The position numbers were made by a program, and so were the translations under genes. A DNA stretch of 64,000 nucleotides from an uncultured candidate division Zixibacteria bacterium (GTDB lineage Bacteria > Zixibacteria > MSB-5A5 > RBG-16-43-9), in the NCBI GenBank assembly GCA_963713865.1, contig OY970208.1, positions 2,432,001 through 2,496,000 of the forward strand. Reading direction: 5' to 3'. Positions 61,834 through 64,000 of this stretch are shown in pieces (within the stretch, counting starts at the first letter, position 1; the number at the start of each line of letters is the position of its first letter). A model generated the notes under the pieces. It was not told the origin of the DNA. It saw only the letters and a list, made by a program, of their open reading frames with translations, and ran no database searches.

Positions 61834-62361
61834 CTATGGATCCGTTTCCCGGATCATCTCTTTTAAGCGTTTTTTACTCTTCAATTTATTCAGATGACAT
61901 AAGGCGATTGCCAGAGCATCGGTAGCGTCTAAAGGTTCAGGTGTTTTTTTCAACTGCAACATATTTTTCACCATATACTGCACCTGCATCTTAGAGGCTC
62001 CTCCAGTTCCAGTGATGGAAGATTTAATCTCCCTGGGCGAATATTCAGCTACCGGTATCTTTGCCTGAGCACCAGCCAGTAATGCCACACCTCTTATCTC
62101 ACCCATAACCAGGGCCGACCTGGCATTCTTGCTGTAAAAAGCTTCCTCTACTGCTAATTCATCCGGTTTTCTTTTATCAATTATCTCTTTAATTCCCGAA
62201 TAAATCTCTTTCAGTCTCTGGGGTAACTGCTTTTTAGAGGATACTTTAATAGTGCCATAATCAACCAGCACTGCTCTGTTATGATTATCTTTTATGATCC
62301 CATATCCGGTTACCGTGCTTCCCGGATCTATCCCCAAGATAATTAAATTATCTTTACCCAA
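61834..62361 (-). CDS. ruvC: RuvC resolvase
   Basis: ILGIDPGS, VEEAF, DATDALAIA. Confidence 0.95.
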   Translation of the reverse strand: MGKDNLIILGIDPGSTVTGYGIIKDNHNRAVLVDYGTIKVSSKKQLPQRLKEIYSGIKEIIDKRKPDELAVEEAFYSKNARSALVMGEIRGVALLAGAQAKIPVAEYSPREIKSSITGTGGASKMQVQYMVKNMLQLKKTPEPLDATDALAIALCHLNKLKSKKRLKEMIRETDP

Positions 62362-62396
62362 AGATCAAACTCCATTCTCCTGAAGAATCAGTTAAA

Positions 62397-63146
62397 TTAC
62401 GCGCTCATCTTCATCATAATCTCTTCAGCGATATCGAAGTTAGCATAGACCTTCAGCACATCCTCATGGTCTTCTAAACCTTCCATCAATTTAAGCATCT
62501 GCTCAGCTTCTTTTCCTTCTAACTTCACGAAGGTCTGCGGAAGCATGGTTAATTCTGCACTGGAATAGGCGATTTTATTCTGGTCTAAAGCCTTTCTGAC
62601 TTCCTCGAACATATTAAAAGGGGTTACTATCTCATAATATCCCTGCTCAGACCGCATATCAATAGCCCCAGCCTCCAACACGATCTCCATCAGTTTGTCC
62701 TCATCTGCCTTCCCTTTCTCCACATTGATCAAACCTCTTTTTTCAAACATCCAGCCCACACATCCAGCCTCGCCCAAGTTCCCGTTATTCCGGGTAAAAA
62801 TATGCCTGATCTCAGAGACAGATCGATTTTTATTATCCGTGGTTACTTCGACTAAAACCGCTACTCCACCCGGTCCATACCCCTCATAGTTTACCTCCTC
62901 ATAGGTAACCCCCGGAAGCTCTCCTGTCCCTTTCTTTATCGCCCTGTCAATATTAGAAGCTGGCATATTAGCCGCTTTAGCGGCTAAGATCGCAGTTCTC
63001 AAGCGGGGATTTCCATTTGGATCACCTCCGCCATGCCGGGCGGCAACAGTTAGCTCTTTAATGAGCTTAGTGAAGACTTTACCTCTTTCCGCATCGGTTT
63101 TTTCTTTCTTTCTTTTTATGGTTGCCCATTTCGAATGACCGGACAT
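62397..63146 (-). CDS. yebC: YebC/PmpR family protein
   Basis: [25 protein letters not shown]. Confidence 0.95.
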   Translation of the reverse strand: MSGHSKWATIKRKKEKTDAERGKVFTKLIKELTVAARHGGGDPNGNPRLRTAILAAKAANMPASNIDRAIKKGTGELPGVTYEEVNYEGYGPGGVAVLVEVTTDNKNRSVSEIRHIFTRNNGNLGEAGCVGWMFEKRGLINVEKGKADEDKLMEIVLEAGAIDMRSEQGYYEIVTPFNMFEEVRKALDQNKIAYSSAELTMLPQTFVKLEGKEAEQMLKLMEGLEDHEDVLKVYANFDIAEEIMMKMSA

Positions 63147-63768
63147 ATTTCTAATCCTCCTTTTCTATCCTCTTCAACGGATTCATTTCAAGATAGGTGC
63201 ATTACCGGATCCGCTTCTTGGATTTAAGAAAATCTATTTCTTTTTATAATAAATAGAATCTCTCAAAAAAGGCAATAGAAATTTGAATTGACCCCAAATA
63301 AAAAAATTAGGTCGGGTAGCTCACCTAATGTTTGGAACCCGGCCTACTCCTCTGGTAGGGGCAATTTCCAGATGGATCCAAATGGACATGAATTGTCCCT
63401 ACACTTTTTCTGCTCCGTCAGGAGCTACTCCTGACGTCCGACCTGTGTTATATGAAAAGCTTCTGACACAACGATTGAAAAACTATAGGAGCGTATTGTC
63501 ATACCCTCCACGCATTACACACTTAATCAGTGCCTTTCAAGTCTCCTGACCTGGCAAACCAAAACTCTGTCGTAAGGTCGGGGGACCTGACGGATACAGC
63601 CTCACCTCTGCGACTTCTTCCGTTGCCACAGGAGTGGCAACGCTACCATCTCCTTAAATAAATGTAGCGGAAGGCTTTAACCTTCCATGTTTTCTTTTCA
63701 ACCTTTGAACCTTTAAACATTTGAACTATATTCTTTATGGAGGTCTAAAGACCTCCTCTTCATAAATA

Positions 63769-64000
63769 CTATTTCTGCTCCTTCTCCTTTGCCTCTTGCG
63801 CCTCTTTGATTATCTTCTCTGCGATCTCACGTGGAACTTCTTCATAATGGGAGAAAGAGCGGGTGTGAATCCCTCTCCCTTGAGTTAAGGAGCGCAGAGA
63901 AGTCGAATATTTATATAATTCCGCCAGGGGAACCAAAGCTTTTATCTTCTGAAAATTGCCACCGCTCTCCACTCCCAGGATCTTACCTCTGCGTGACGAT
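63769..64000 (-). CDS. fusA: Elongation factor G (or EF-G paralogue), C-terminal fragment
   Basis: RRGKILG...VPLAELYKYSTSLRSLTQGRG...FSHYEEVP. Confidence 0.85.
   Translation of the reverse strand, partial: SSRRGKILGVESGGNFQKIKALVPLAELYKYSTSLRSLTQGRGIHTRSFSHYEEVPREIAEKIIKEAQEAKEKEQK

Noticed and set aside
1-64000. tRNA, rRNA, integron integrase or RAYT transposase genes
   Set aside because: None was recognised in the window by eye or in the ORF track.

Overview
This is AT-rich bacterial chromosomal DNA. The FlgD-like C-terminal sorting domain, dockerin-like tails and gingipain-family protease suggest the FCB group, most likely Zixibacteria (inference). The window holds housekeeping genes (pckG, asnA, queH, ruvABC, yebC, 3' end of fusA), dispersed glcD/E/F-like, LarA and Ldh_2 genes, several large signalling loci, and very dense GTAG-type REP palindromes. 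Two features stand out. (1) 49494-54600 is a head-to-tail array. A diverged ~230-315 bp block carrying sigma70 promoters and an attI-like site that ends at GTT precedes different cargo genes (asnA, a GT14 glycosyltransferase, a small membrane protein, catalase). Three of the four cargo 3' ends are fused to an invariant AGTAGCAGTAG-REP, and one cargo retains a half attC complementary to its own start. No integrase lies in the window. (2) 4498-5687 is an IS110 element inserted at a CT core in a REP hairpin. Its left-end non-coding region can be read as a bridge RNA, with guides matching both the REP target and the circle-junction donor, and two empty perfect targets occur elsewhere in the window. 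All calls are by eye from the sequence and ORF track; no database searches or folding programs were run.
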